A stretch of DNA of 64,000 bases, taken from contig JAQFVV010000001.1 in the NCBI GenBank assembly GCA_028023455.1, positions 27,590,001 to 27,654,000 on the forward strand, read 5' to 3'. Origin of the DNA: Epiperipatus broadwayi. Lineage: Eukaryota > Animalia > Onychophora. Made by a program: the position numbers and the translations under genes. The notes under the pieces were generated by a model. That model was not told the origin of the DNA and did no database searches. It worked only from the letters and a program-made list of their open reading frames with translations. Below, in pieces: positions 13,491 through 26,263 of this stretch. Positions within the stretch are counted from its first letter, which is position 1. Each line of letters opens with the position of its first letter.

Positions 13491-16400
13491 TCATAATATA
13501 AAAGTCTATGATAAATAAGGTTTAAATCCAGTTAAATCTTTTAAATAGAGTGAATCTGAATCATCTACCGAGTGGACACGGTTGAATATATATTGGTGTG
13601 TAGTTTCTCATCCTAAAAATTTAAATTGTTAAATAATATATATATATTAGATTATCTAGATATGTCTTAATACTTGTCTGCTAAGGGGTATTTGAGCAAA
13701 TCTTTCTAGATGCCAAAGTGAGCTAAGTATTTTATTATATCCCATATTCATTGTCAGAATAATAGGAAAAACAATTTTTGATTTAGAAAAAAAAAAGTAT
13801 ATTCTGTATAGGAGAAATGGGTGAATTTTATTGATAAATTTGAAATTTAAAATCGTAGCAAGAAACGATAAAGAAAAAAAAGTTTTTAATTAATTCTCAT
13901 GACTAATAATAATTATTTTAAAGATAATTCTTTAATTAATTTCAATAGTTTTTTGTTAAAATATATATATTGCTAAATGTTTACAATTGTTTTCTACAAA
14001 AATATAATTTATTTTTTCTCAGTCTATTTCCTTTTATGCTTTCAGATTTTTTTTTTCTGTTAAATTATTTTGTTAATCCTACATCATTCCTTGTGTGTTT
14101 TTTCCTCTTCTTTTTATGAGAAAAAAGAGAGGGAGGGGGTTATTAATGTAAATATTTATAATTTCCTTTTCAAGATTAAAGTAAATGTTGAAAAGTCGTT
14201 AATGCATTAGCTTATAATTGCTTTTAAAAGAGTGTTTTTCATATTCAGGATTGGATTGGATAGAACTAATTTTTTAATGCAGCAAAGAAAAATTCTTTTT
14301 CAAAAACGTATAGTAAAAAAAAAAGAATATATATATGTCATGTCACTTCAATAAATAAAAGAGCCGTTTTTTAATTTTATTTTACATATTAAGAATTTAT
14401 TATATATTAATAATAGAAGAATTCTGAAACTAATATAATCAAAAACAGAAGTAGCAATATTCCAAATTTCTTCAAACAAATTCATTAAAATAAGTTTCAT
14501 TAATTTTTCATACTTCTTTGTATTTGAAAATAATTAGGAATCTCAGCACTTATTAATTATGCGTTTTTTCTACTTGTAAGTAATTATAAGAAAATTTTGT
14601 CACTACTAGTAATTAGTAATTAAACAATAAACAATGCCATTATTTAAGTTAAATAATAAAATAAATAGTTATCTTTATTAGTCATAGCTTTATTCAAATT
14701 TGCTTTAATAATGAAATATTTGCTTTATAATATAGTGTAAAATAAATCACATTTAAAGTCTTAATTAATTATTCTCATTCCAGTAAAAAAAAAAAAAAAA
14801 ACATCAAAGTTACTTCAAAATCAATTCAGCAAGCGTTCAGACAATAATAAAAATATTTTAAATTCAATTTTTTCATTTATCCTAAGATAAATTCTCAAGA
14901 AGTCAAATAAACAATAAAATAGCAAACTGAACAAAGTGACCTTTTTTTTTTTTTGTTTTTCTCAGTTGGGAATGATCCATAATATCTTTAGTTCCTGAAT
15001 CCACCAAACAAATGTTCTTATATGCAAAATACTTTTTCTATCACTATGTACTAAAAAATAAATAAATGGAGAAAGTGTATATAATATAAAAAAAAAAAAC
15101 TTTATTTACTTTTCATATCGTCTTATGCCATTTTTTTTAAAAAAAATAAATATTTATAAAGTATATAACAACTAATGGAAAAAAAAGCATAATAAACTGG
15201 CATCATATGAGTTAGTAAGTTAACAGCCTATCTCACTATGAACTTGACCAAATGACTAAAAAAAAAAATTACATACACGTTATTAACAGCTAGTTATGGT
15301 ATAACTTGTAATTGCAAACTTTTTCAGGATGCTTACTGTAAGTTATCATATAAAAATGAATGTTTTTTTTCTTCCCCCCGCTAATAATGAAAGTATTTAT
15401 AGCTTATAGATAAAAATAAGAGTGTCCATGTTAAATAAGAACAAAACAATTATCTATGAATCAAAAATTGAATATTTATAGAAATGAAAAAAATGCATAA
15501 CATATATATATAAAGAATCTTTAGCTATGAGATAACTCATAATTGACAATTTATTTTTGAATGAAAATAAAAGCAAAGTAATGTAAATAGATAATGAGGA
15601 AAAAGATTATCAGTAAATTATTTAAGAAATTGTAAAACAAGTGAATCTTTTTAAATATTTGGAAAAGTTGTTAGCTTTTGATGACAGCAGTGATAAAAAA
15701 CTTAAGAATGAGAATTGCTATGACTAAAGAGAACTTTATAAAGCATAAGAGTTTTTTTCTGTAGTTCATATTGAAATTACATCTAAGACTGAAGCTTGAT
15801 GAATGTTTTATGTTGATGTAATTATATATATATATATATATAGCATAGTAATTGATAATTCAAATAATTAAGAACAAAGTTTGGAAATTTTAGAAATACT
15901 GCTTTTATTGACAACAGAAAAGAATGGTAGAATGTAAGAAGAAAATAAATGAAGAAATTAGAGAAAAGTGAATTGCTTTAAGCATATATTTGGAGGGAAA
16001 GAAATTATAAATATTATGCTGCAATAGATAATATGAGAAAAAAGTGGTAAAAAAGGGCAGGAGCTTGAGATGCTAGAAGAAAACAATATGGTTTTATATG
16101 TAGAGTTTGCATTTTAACAATTAACATTTAAGTTGGTGGTGACCATAGTGAGTCTATATGTATATATTGTAACAGTTCAAAGAATAAGGGGTGAACCTGG
16201 GGTTTTGACAGTCATCATTATCATTTCTACTTAATACACTAATCTAATTATACTGTGAATATAATGAGCATAAGAGATCAGCAAGTAATAAAATTAACTA
16301 TAAGTTCACCAGCATTGCAGAGAAGAACAAGAATCATTCACTTATCATGAATGATCAAAAAAATAAAAACAGTCAACCATGTGGTTGGATTTGAAATTGG

Positions 16401-17549
16401 TTTACTGTAGACCAGGCTAATTATGTAGCCACTGCCTAACTTAGGACATTCTTGCAACACAATAATTTTGCATGCACATATTAAGTACTAATCCATCAGA
16501 GTATATAAAAAAATCAAATAATGCTGAGATACAGAAACTTGCTGATCAATATCAATGTTTTGGCCATTTAATGCCATTAATGTACTGTCCAACTATTAAC
16601 TAAATAAAAAAATATATATAAAATGTAGTGCATGGATTTTAAAGGATATACCATTGTACTAACCAGGATCATTTGGATGTCCAAAACACTAACCATAATC
16701 TCCAATTCATATAATTGATTGTTATGCATGAATCCAACCCAGAAAGCAAGAGCTCTATAACTTACTGTGATTAAGAGGTAATACCAGGATATAATATTTT
16801 AAACTTATTTTAGGATAAATGAATTCACTGGAATAACTTAATGAAATATAAATTTATTAATTAGAAACAATAATAATAAAATGAAATGAAGCTCTGTTAA
16901 GTATGCTATAAATATGAATACATCATTCTAATTTTGATTAAAACAATACCCAAAAAATATGCTATTACATTGTAATTTACATATACTTCAATAGGTTTAC
17001 ATTAAACCCATCTATATATAATTATAGATGTGCCGTATAATATTCATTTTAATAATACATAAATAATGACTTTTAATGTATATGTGGGTACCCATTCAGA
17101 TGTGTGCAACACTGACATTTATATCCTAATGATATTTTATTAGTTAAAACAAACTTATTAAATCCATATTATATTTTTACAGGAAAACTGTGTATATATA
17201 AATAGATAGGCAAATTTTAAATAAATCAAGGTCCATTATTTTTAATTGTAAGTAAAATTTTTTTTTCTTTTTACAAAAAAAATATTATCATTAGATCCAG
17301 ATTGCAAAGTTCTTTTAAAATTCTGGCTTTTGTTTCTTTATTTCCAAAATAAAAACTGAACCAATCCTCTGTTTTTTTTTAATGTATAATTTGAGCAAAT
17401 TTATTTACTTTTAAAATTTATAAACTAAAGATTTTAACTGCAAAGTTAAGTATTTAAAATAATGTCATTTTTAATAAATTATTTTTTATTTACCAGCTGT
17501 ACACACTTTATATATTCGATCATCAGTAATTATACATTCATGCTTCTTT

Positions 17550-18480
17550 GCATATAAATTAATCAGCATATGTATAAAGTCATAGCATGGTGATCTCTCA
17601 GTTTTCTGGCTAGTATTGGAATCTCTTGGTAAGCTGGCCCTTTCTAAAACAATTGACTGGCTTTTTGACATCTTCAGGTAAGCTATAAATCATAACTTCT
17701 GGCAATCAGTCATATCCATTCAGTCTCTATAATTTGATAGACTTCAGACAAACAAATTGTTTAGTACATAATATGGCCCTAGCTTCCATGTGAATTCAAA
17801 CTCTGCTGTCATGACACTAGCAGTTGAATTTCACTGTCTCTTGCTTTTAGTTATAACTTTATAATAATAATGCTGTAATGTTCATTTGATCTTTTAACCC
17901 CACCTTTTATAGTCAGTGATGGAATGGAAAAACACACTAATTAAGTAAATTATTTCTTTATCTTGATCAAAAAAATATAATGAATTTTTAATTCACTTTA
18001 ATTAAAACCAAATTTTTATCTCAATTTTCTTAATCTTTTAAATAACACCAGATTGTAGGATTTTATCAGAGTGTATTTTACTAATTTTATTACAAGCTTT
18101 AATAATAAAAAAATTCCTTAATTAAAAATAGATTAGGGAATTTTATAATTACTGGTAATATCTATTGCAACATAAATAGCAAGCTTGTTTAAAAGTTTGA
18201 ATCTTTGTAGTAGTGCTATGTGAGCTAGCAGCAGCTGATTGTTTGAAATTTTTTCTTTTTTAAATTGTGCAAACAATATAAGCATGATGTCAACAGAAAT
18301 CCCAGCATTTGTTGCTGCTTGAATCATTAATTTTTTTTCTATTTTGGTCAATTTTCTAGTTTATATGAGAGCAATAGAGGCAGAAATTTTTTATCAGCCT
18401 CATCTAATTCAAGTGGATTAAAAATACAATGATATTTGCATTCAAGGCTTACAATGGGATGTAAACGCAATCAGAATATT
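17550..18480 (-). mobile_element. Possible PLE reverse-transcriptase relic
   Basis: Fragments IVSLECK, AGISVDIMLILFAQFKKEKI, FEFTW and SLPEDVKK..KGQL occur in the order expected for PLE RT and thumb motifs. Very decayed. Confidence 0.3.
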
Positions 18481-18487
18481 GTAAGTA

Positions 18488-19449
18488 CACCTGGGTCTCG
18501 TTTTACGCGATAGATAGGTTCCTCAGAAAACACGCGCAAATGAATCGCACAAAATAGACATAACTTACCTTGAAAAAGGGGGGATACAGACTGTGATTTT
18601 TCAAAGATCGCATAAAAGCAAAGCACCAACGTAAAATTACTTTAAAATTCGCGCAAAAAAAAAATATAAGGAAATAAAATATGACTAATAAAAAATTTCA
18701 AATTTGAAAAAAATTGATACAAGACAAACTTTTTTTAACTATAATATTTAATTTTATTCAAAACAATATATTTTTATGCATAATTTACAGTAATTTACAT
18801 TTTTTATACACATTTTAATTATTATTGCTATTTGCCGTTAAACAGGTTTGTTTGCAAACTGGTAAAAAATCAGATTCTTTGCAAGAGGAAATACAACTAG
18901 CGCCAACGTCATTCTCATGTTGTGTTAATGGTTTTCTGGTGACAACATAATTAGTAATTAATCTAACAACTAAAAATTAAATTCTTATTTTTGTCTTTAA
19001 TTTTCAATTTTAATTGTGCCCACTGCTATTACTCACCTTTTAAAAATAAACTTGCGGACACTAAATGATTAATAATTGATTACATTCTTTTTTAAAAAGC
19101 AAAAACAGAATGTGATTTAAAATGCAAAATTAACACACACAATGTTTGAACAAATTTACATTATAATCCTGTAAAATTTAATGTGTTTATACATAAAATG
19201 TGGAAATCATGATTTTAATTTCATTATTGCATAAAATCTTACTATTTATTATAAAGCACTGAAAATATTGAAATTACTAAGATGAAAGTCGAATTCCAAT
19301 AATGTGCTATTACTTTCAATATGACGTAAGTACGCAAAATTTATTATTTAAAGTAATAGCGTATTATCGGAGTTCGACTTCCGGAGAAATGTGAATTGCG
19401 TAACTTCAAAATCACGTTAAATAAATCCACGTAAAAAGAGATCCAGGTG
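18488..19449. mobile_element. Non-autonomous Tc1/mariner-superfamily (pogo/Tigger-like) DNA transposon, 962 bp
   Basis: TA|CACCTGGGTCTCGTTTTACGCG ... CACGTAAAAAGAGATCCAGGTG|TA gives ~22-bp imperfect TIRs with a TA duplication (18486-87, 19450-51). A CpG-rich patch at ~19310-19420 contains TGACGTAA and ACTTCCGG. There is no long ORF. The pogo/Tigger assignment is a guess from TIR style. Confidence 0.82.
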
Positions 19450-19639
19450 TATACAATTTTAATTTTTTATTTCATTAAATTTTTTTTTTTTTTTTGATAA
19501 ATGCTAGAATTTATTAATTTGTTTGCATTTGTATTTTCGAATCCGTGTACTATATATATTATATAATATTAAATCATTTATGCTCTTTATTATACAGTAT
19601 ATAAATTTGTATTCAAATATAACAAAAGTGGTTTTTGTA

Positions 19640-20520
19640 CAGTATAATTTTTTGTCTCTGATCCAAATTTGGGGCAACCTTATTTTATAGACAATGATTC
19701 TCAAAAGGTTTAATAATTTATTACTATGTATTGGTGTGTTTGTGTTTTCTCTTGCATGTTTGTATAACATGTAATGATTTATATATAGAGAGCAGTCTAA
19801 TGTAAATTTTAAAAACTGATAAATGTACAGAAAGGTTGCAGTTGATAAAGCAGTCACAAAATTTACTGGGCATAGTACCATGTGAAAATATAAACACTTA
19901 AAACCCATAAAGAGAGATTTCAAATGGTGTATGTGTTATGGTAGCCACAATGGATATGCATATACCACATGGAATTGTATGCAGGTAAAGAATCAAATTC
20001 TTATTCTCGCCTATGCCTTGATACTCATGCAATGGAGTCAGTAGTTTTGCCACATCTTGTATCACATTATTTTCAAATCTACAGTTAGCAAATGAGCTAT
20101 ATGCAAATAAATTATATCTATATGGGACAATAAATATAACAAGATAGCATCACTGGTGTGCATAAAGAATATAAACATCATTGATGTATGCAAAAAAATA
20201 TAAAATGAAGAATTGAAACTCATTTTATCAGAGATGCAGACAGTAGCCTACAATTTCTAGTTTAAATAGACAAGAAGCCAATTGCTATGATGACAAATGC
20301 ATATTTATCTCCTGGAAATGATTTGTTTTGTGTCTTTTATTAGGATGAATTTTTTTCTTATAGACGCCTTTGAGATTTGGTAACTTTTGAGGTACAAGAT
20401 AAAAATGAAGAATTCATATGCGACTTGTTTTGGAGATTCTGAAGCTATAAGATTATCTCATATAAGAAGTATTATATATGGTTTGAAAGATAATTTTGTG
20501 AGGAATACAAAGAAAATATC
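19640..20520 (+). pseudogene. piggyBac transposase pseudogene
   Basis: Ordered motifs: SDPNLGQPY..KRF; VAVDKAVTKFTGHSTM*KYKHLKPIKRDFKWCMC (cf. SIDESMIKFKGR..KQY.P.KPIKRGFK.W); NGYAYHMELYAGK; LANELYANKLYLYGTI; IDKKPI. Stops and frameshifts throughout. TIRs not found. Confidence 0.75.
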
Positions 20521-21699
20521 AATGAAGATGTAATTTAAACTTAGTTAATGATACATTAGAAATTATGAACAAACAATAAAGTAATAATTATGTCGGATGT
20601 TGAAATTTCTTTTTTACCTTATTTAAAATGATGATCACTATTTGTTTTAGCCTTATTGTTTTTTGTAGTTTTTCTAGTTTCTATCAATGTAAAGTTTTTT
20701 GCTCTAACATTATTAAAACTGAAGTTATTGTGAACATTGTGTCTCAGGTTAGTTTTTTAGAAAAATTCAATATGACCCCTGGAACCATACCAGTTACATT
20801 ATCAAAATCAGAATAAACATTAAATAGACCTTTTTAAATGGTTGTTTTAAAATAATTTATAATAATTTTAAGTATCAAAATTATTATTTAACCTTAACTG
20901 TTATTCCAGTGTAAATATTTTAAATGAATATCCAAAAAAAAATTGTTTGTGTTTGTTTCTACTTTTCTTTCTATATATATATATATGCACACCCTATACT
21001 ATGTTGCATGTTATGAGACACATAACTGTCTCAGTACATTTACCAAAGTTCGATGAAACATGAGTGAATATATATATATATATATAATTACACACAGATT
21101 TATGGCACCTGTGTTGATGACTCATCACACACATATTGATCAATGTATCTTATATATAACCAGGTTGCTTTCAAATCATCATCCATGAATCATATGAAGA
21201 GTTGTTAAATCTTAATATGTCTACTTAAATGTAATTAAAATTAATATTGATAATCAAACTTTATTTCACTTGTATAAGCTACTTTATTTAAAATATTTCT
21301 GTTATATTTCCTGATCATCATACTTTAAATCATCTCTTAGAGGGTCATAAATATGTTTTTATAGATGTTGGTTTGAGTTACTTTAACCATCATTTGCAGA
21401 GCCACTTCTCATAAAGACTAAGTATGGATATAGCACCATCACATTTTTTTTTGATAACTAATCTTTTTCTCAGCTCAGAACATGACTTATAAGGATCTAT
21501 GTGAATTTTTATGCATACGTTTGGACTAAGGCCAATAGTTAAGAATGATACAGACAACTAAATAGTTTAATAGTACAGTTGGTATATTAAAGTCAGTCTT
21601 GATTAATATATTGTAACCTAATTTAAAGGAGCTCAAAAAAAATAATTAAAGGAGTTCAAAAGGCCCAATGTAACATATTAAAGAGAAATTCAATTGTAT

Positions 21700-22200
21700 A
21701 TTATATTATCATTGGATTTGTCAAAAATCCAAATATTATTAAAATCTCAAATATTCCAATATTTATTGTAACTTAATAAAGATGATCAAACGATCCAAAT
21801 GTATTAAATAATTAAGGAAAGATTCAAATATAAATCTTGTAACTAATAAACGAAAAGCATTGTAGCTTAAATTAAATTATGAGAAGAATATCTGAGTAGT
21901 GGCTATTAAACAAAAAGGTCAGACTGAGTTATTAATCATATTAAGGGTCATTGGATTAAATGAAACATACTTCTGTAATTAGATTTCTCAAGATATTACA
22001 ATATCAATAATTATAAACAAATTATTAATAACAACTATTATAACTCAGGTATATGGAAATCAAGTGAGGTGAGTACCCTAGTAACTCAATAAAATATCTG
22101 CTCAGGTATACAGACAGTAGATTTTATCCACTTTCATTTCTTGGTTTGATGTTAAGTGCATATCCAAACAAATACCAAGTGAATATGGTCTAGCAGGGTA
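21700..22200 (+). mobile_element. Possible L1-like RT relic
   Basis: GFVKN, ELLIILRVIGLNETYF and SIIINKLL fall in the order of L1 RT motifs (Q.GF, FL..VL...G, ..I.NG). Confidence 0.33.
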
Positions 22201-25200
22201 TCACTAGATTATTTGAATCTAGACACGGTTATATCTAATAACCTTTCACAGGTACCGGGTTTGAATCCCTTTTTGGTACTTTATTTCTAATAAACATGGA
22301 AGATTTTGCTTTTTAGAGCCATATCACTGTATGCACTAATATCTAAGTAAGCATAAAACATCTTTAAACTAAAGTGGAATTCATTAGACATAAATCATTT
22401 CTTAGATCTTAGCATAACAAATGTGTTTCAATATTTTTTAATAAATTTTACTAGCTCAGGTTACTATTAATTTAGGATGGCAATTCACTCATCCTTGCAT
22501 GAAATAGATGATGGAATGGTGGTTATAATATTACTAAGAAATCACTAAATATTATCAAATCAATATTTATTTATGGCCTTTGAACATTTAAACAGCTCAT
22601 TAATTAAAATGTGATGATGACGATGATGATAATGATAACGATAATGACAATGGTTTCAACCACAGATTTAGGACTAAGCCTAAACATAAAACCTAATTTT
22701 TATAAAGAAATTTATAATTATTGTTAATCTTAGCATATTTAATCATATCTTAAACAACTAATATTCAACCATTGATGATGAATGATCACACTTAATAAAG
22801 ACTACACTTAATGAAATATATACACCTCGTTTAATAATAATAAACTAATATTTATTAATGCATTTCTAACATATACAAAAAAATTTCTATATTTACATGA
22901 AAATTTATATTAACAATAACAATAATCCTAATCGACTGTTTTAAAATCATAACATTAAATTTTAAATTCTTCCCCCTTTCCCGTAAATGTATTTCAAAAG
23001 TATATTGTATTAAATTGGGTAACTGATTTGTTAACATGTTCCATCCACAAGAAAAATAGTTCATAAAACAAAATCTCCACTCATTGGCACACATACCTTA
23101 TAATCTAACAGATAAGCAGAATGTTAAAAAAAATGTTAGTAGAATTGAAAGAGCAAGTTTTACCGAACAAGTTTTAAATCATTTTCTCCCCCTTCCTTCT
23201 ACCTCTGAAATGCTATACTTTCTTAAAACAAAATAATTTAATATTTCAACACTTATTACATCACATTCGCACACAATTATACACATATAAAAATATTATT
23301 ATGTATGTGCGTGTTTTATCCCATAATAACAACATATTATTTAAAACCAAAATAATAATGCAAAAAAAATTATTTTACACATTAATATTTCATAACTGTA
23401 AATTAATAAACAAATAATTTTGATACATTCAAGATCATTTATGAAGCTCAAAGTTATTATTAGTAAGACATTCTTGTTTTTAATTGATCTAAATAGTCTT
23501 TAAAAGTTCTTTAAATAAAATATACCACTTTATTGCTAAAATGTTTATTAAGACTCTGATATCATAAAGAAAATAGATATAAAAAGTCATATTACCGATC
23601 TTTTGTTTGTGGTGAATTTCCAAGGGCTCAAACTTGTCTTGTATAATGTCTATATTTCTGCAGCTACCATTTCCATTTTACGTTGGAACAATTTCTTTCT
23701 TGAGGTGTATAACTATTTGCTGATGATGATTCAAATACGGTTATTTGCTTTAGTGGACAATTTAGAAATTCTTATACTGACTTTAAATTTTTCCGTTCAG
23801 CATGATTCTCATCGTGGATGAAATACAGCAGTTGTTTTCATATTGTAATTTTTATGGGGTTCAAACTCAGTTACTAGAACAATTAATTGGACTTGATGAT
23901 TAATATTTATCATTAGATTAATTCATCTTTCTGATCTTCGAATTCAGGTGAATGTTTTCTTCTTTCTATTTAAAAACATCTTATTTCTTTGAAAGGTGTA
24001 GAATATTATTTTTCAGACAAGACATCTTTTCTTTCCTATATGATCTGCAGCTCCATGATGGTCAGGTCTTGATGGGACATATATATAATTTTTCTACCCC
24101 GTCATTTCTTATATTTTCAACATTCAAAACTTCATAAAAAAAATGATTTAAAAAAAATTATCTAGCAGAACTAAAAATGTTTGTCTGCTTTAGTTTCAAT
24201 AATTTTTAAAAAGTCTCTCTCACAATAATCTAATAATAGTCTAATAGCTCAACTGATTTTCCAGACTGCTTTTATATCCTGATTTTTGAGTCAACTCACC
24301 CAATTAGAGTGATAGTGTGAATTGCTATTTTTGACCAACCCAAAAAAAAATCACACCTGGTTTCCAGACACTTTTGTCTTAAAAAAAATAGACTTAATCC
24401 TTTTTTCTTACACCTAGGTAACATTTCAAATTTTTGAGCTTCTTTCTTTAGATCTTAAGATAAGACAATTTCAAAATTAGAGTACCACCCAGCTTAAGCT
24501 CCCAAAGTGACAAACAATCATTTACAAAAACAAAATTGCTACAAAAATAGATATCTGATTCAACAGATTTCCTCTTTTAACATAAAATTGTACAAAAAAA
24601 TAATTTGACAGATTTAACCCTTCCTTTTCTTTCAATATTTAATAAATGTAAATTTCTGTATGTAATGTACACACACATACTTTATCATTTCAAATCATTC
24701 ATAAACTAACATTAAATAATATAATTGCTAGCTTAGTAATTATAACCCTAATATTTAAAATTAAATCTGTAACTTTTAAATCCCAATTACAATTATAGAA
24801 AAGCAAAATAGAAGTATATAGAACAAGATATTAGAATTGATCAAGCATAGATTAGTTTTAAAGAAAGTTAAAATGTTGAATATTTGAAATATAAAACAAT
24901 TAAATAGCTTACACATACACTGCCTATACGTATGCATTATAACTTTGCTTTTTAAAGAAAAATTAAAATATTGAATAATTTAAATGTGTGTATTACCTTT
25001 CTATCAACACACAAACAAATAAAGAATATAATTGTTGACCCCCTCTCTTTTTGTCTAAAGCTTTTAAAACTGGATCTTGTAGGGTTTAAACTTGGATGCC
25101 CTACAGCTTCATTTATTGTTATATAAAAATGTGATGATGATTTTGGTTTTACATTTTCTTACCTGCACATTATTATAAATTTAGCTAATGACTAAATTGT

Positions 25201-26195
25201 AATGGCACAATATATTAAAATCCTATATTCATAAATCATTACAGATTAAAAGCATGTATATTGATAAAAATATGTGAAAGTAACTATCAAGTTCTGATAG
25301 GTTTTAATATCTTATTTCTTTACTAAACTTTTCCTTCCAACATATTTTGTAACAATAACATTATCATTTTATATATTAAAAAAAAAAGATTAATTATAAA
25401 TACTATGTACATAAATTACATCTATTTATTTTTTAATGAAAAGCTAAAATAATTAAAAATTATTTTAAGTGTTTATAAAGATATTATTTTAATAAAGGAG
25501 TAAATTTTATCACAAAAATTAGCAGTTTAGTTTGATGAGTGCTATAAAATTTAAATATACTTTAACTTTTGTCATTAGATGATGTTTGAAAGCTTTTCAG
25601 ATTTGTCATTGCCAATTAAAAGAAGTCTTTTTAAATTAAACAAACCATGAATGTAGTTATATAAAGTTTTGTTGTAACAAATTGTTTCCAGAAGGTAGAT
25701 CGCCTATCATCCATTCCGTTGTAACTTATATCGAAGAACACACATTTGGGGATAATTACTTTCTAGTAAATACAAGAAGTGCATTTTTTTAATTAAAAAG
25801 TTTTAAAACTATTTTTTTTTTTTTTTTTAAAAAAAATGCTGTGATAATTTTGTAATTTTTTACTGTATTTAAAGCAAAATATGTAAAATTATTTGTTTTA
25901 AAAAATTCATTTTGTAATAAAATTTTTCAAGTTTTATTGATTTTTTATAATAATTTAATAACAATGACTACTTATATTTAATCGTAGCAGTTGTTTTTTT
26001 GAAATATAACAGTATTAGTATAAAGTATAAACTAATAAGTCATTGCCAATAAACTTTAAAAAAGAATAAATACTATATATCAAAACGAAGTAACATAGTG
26101 GTGTCTATAAGCTTTCACTTAAACTGAATTTATCAGCAACTGTTTTTTTCTTTCACATCAGTCCATTCAAAAGCCATTCTTATATATATATATAT

Positions 26196-26263
26196 ATTAG
26201 TGGGTGCTAGATATTCAATTACTTTTTATAATTAGTGGGTGCTAGATATTCAATTACTTTTTA
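26196..26263. repeat. Short tandem duplication, 35-bp period
   Basis: ATTAGTGGGTGCTAGATATTCAATTACTTTTTA starts at 26196 and again at 26231. Confidence 0.92.

Noticed and set aside
16375-16440. tRNA/SINE-like A and B boxes (also GGTTTGAATCCC near 22256)
   Set aside because: The boxes are degenerate, no cloverleaf forms, and no second copy was seen in the window.
17588-17677. Possible plus-strand exon HGDLSVFWLVLESLGKLALSKTIDWLFDIF ending in CAG|GTAAGC
   Set aside because: No recognisable protein or partner exons; the opposite strand reads as a PLE-like relic. It needs RNA-seq.
23590-24140. Possible CR1/L2 RT relic (..ISKLSTKANNRI..TLYKT) on the minus strand; similar weak traces near 31000, 42350-42800 and 55300-55700
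   Set aside because: Too few motif residues to support a call without a profile search.
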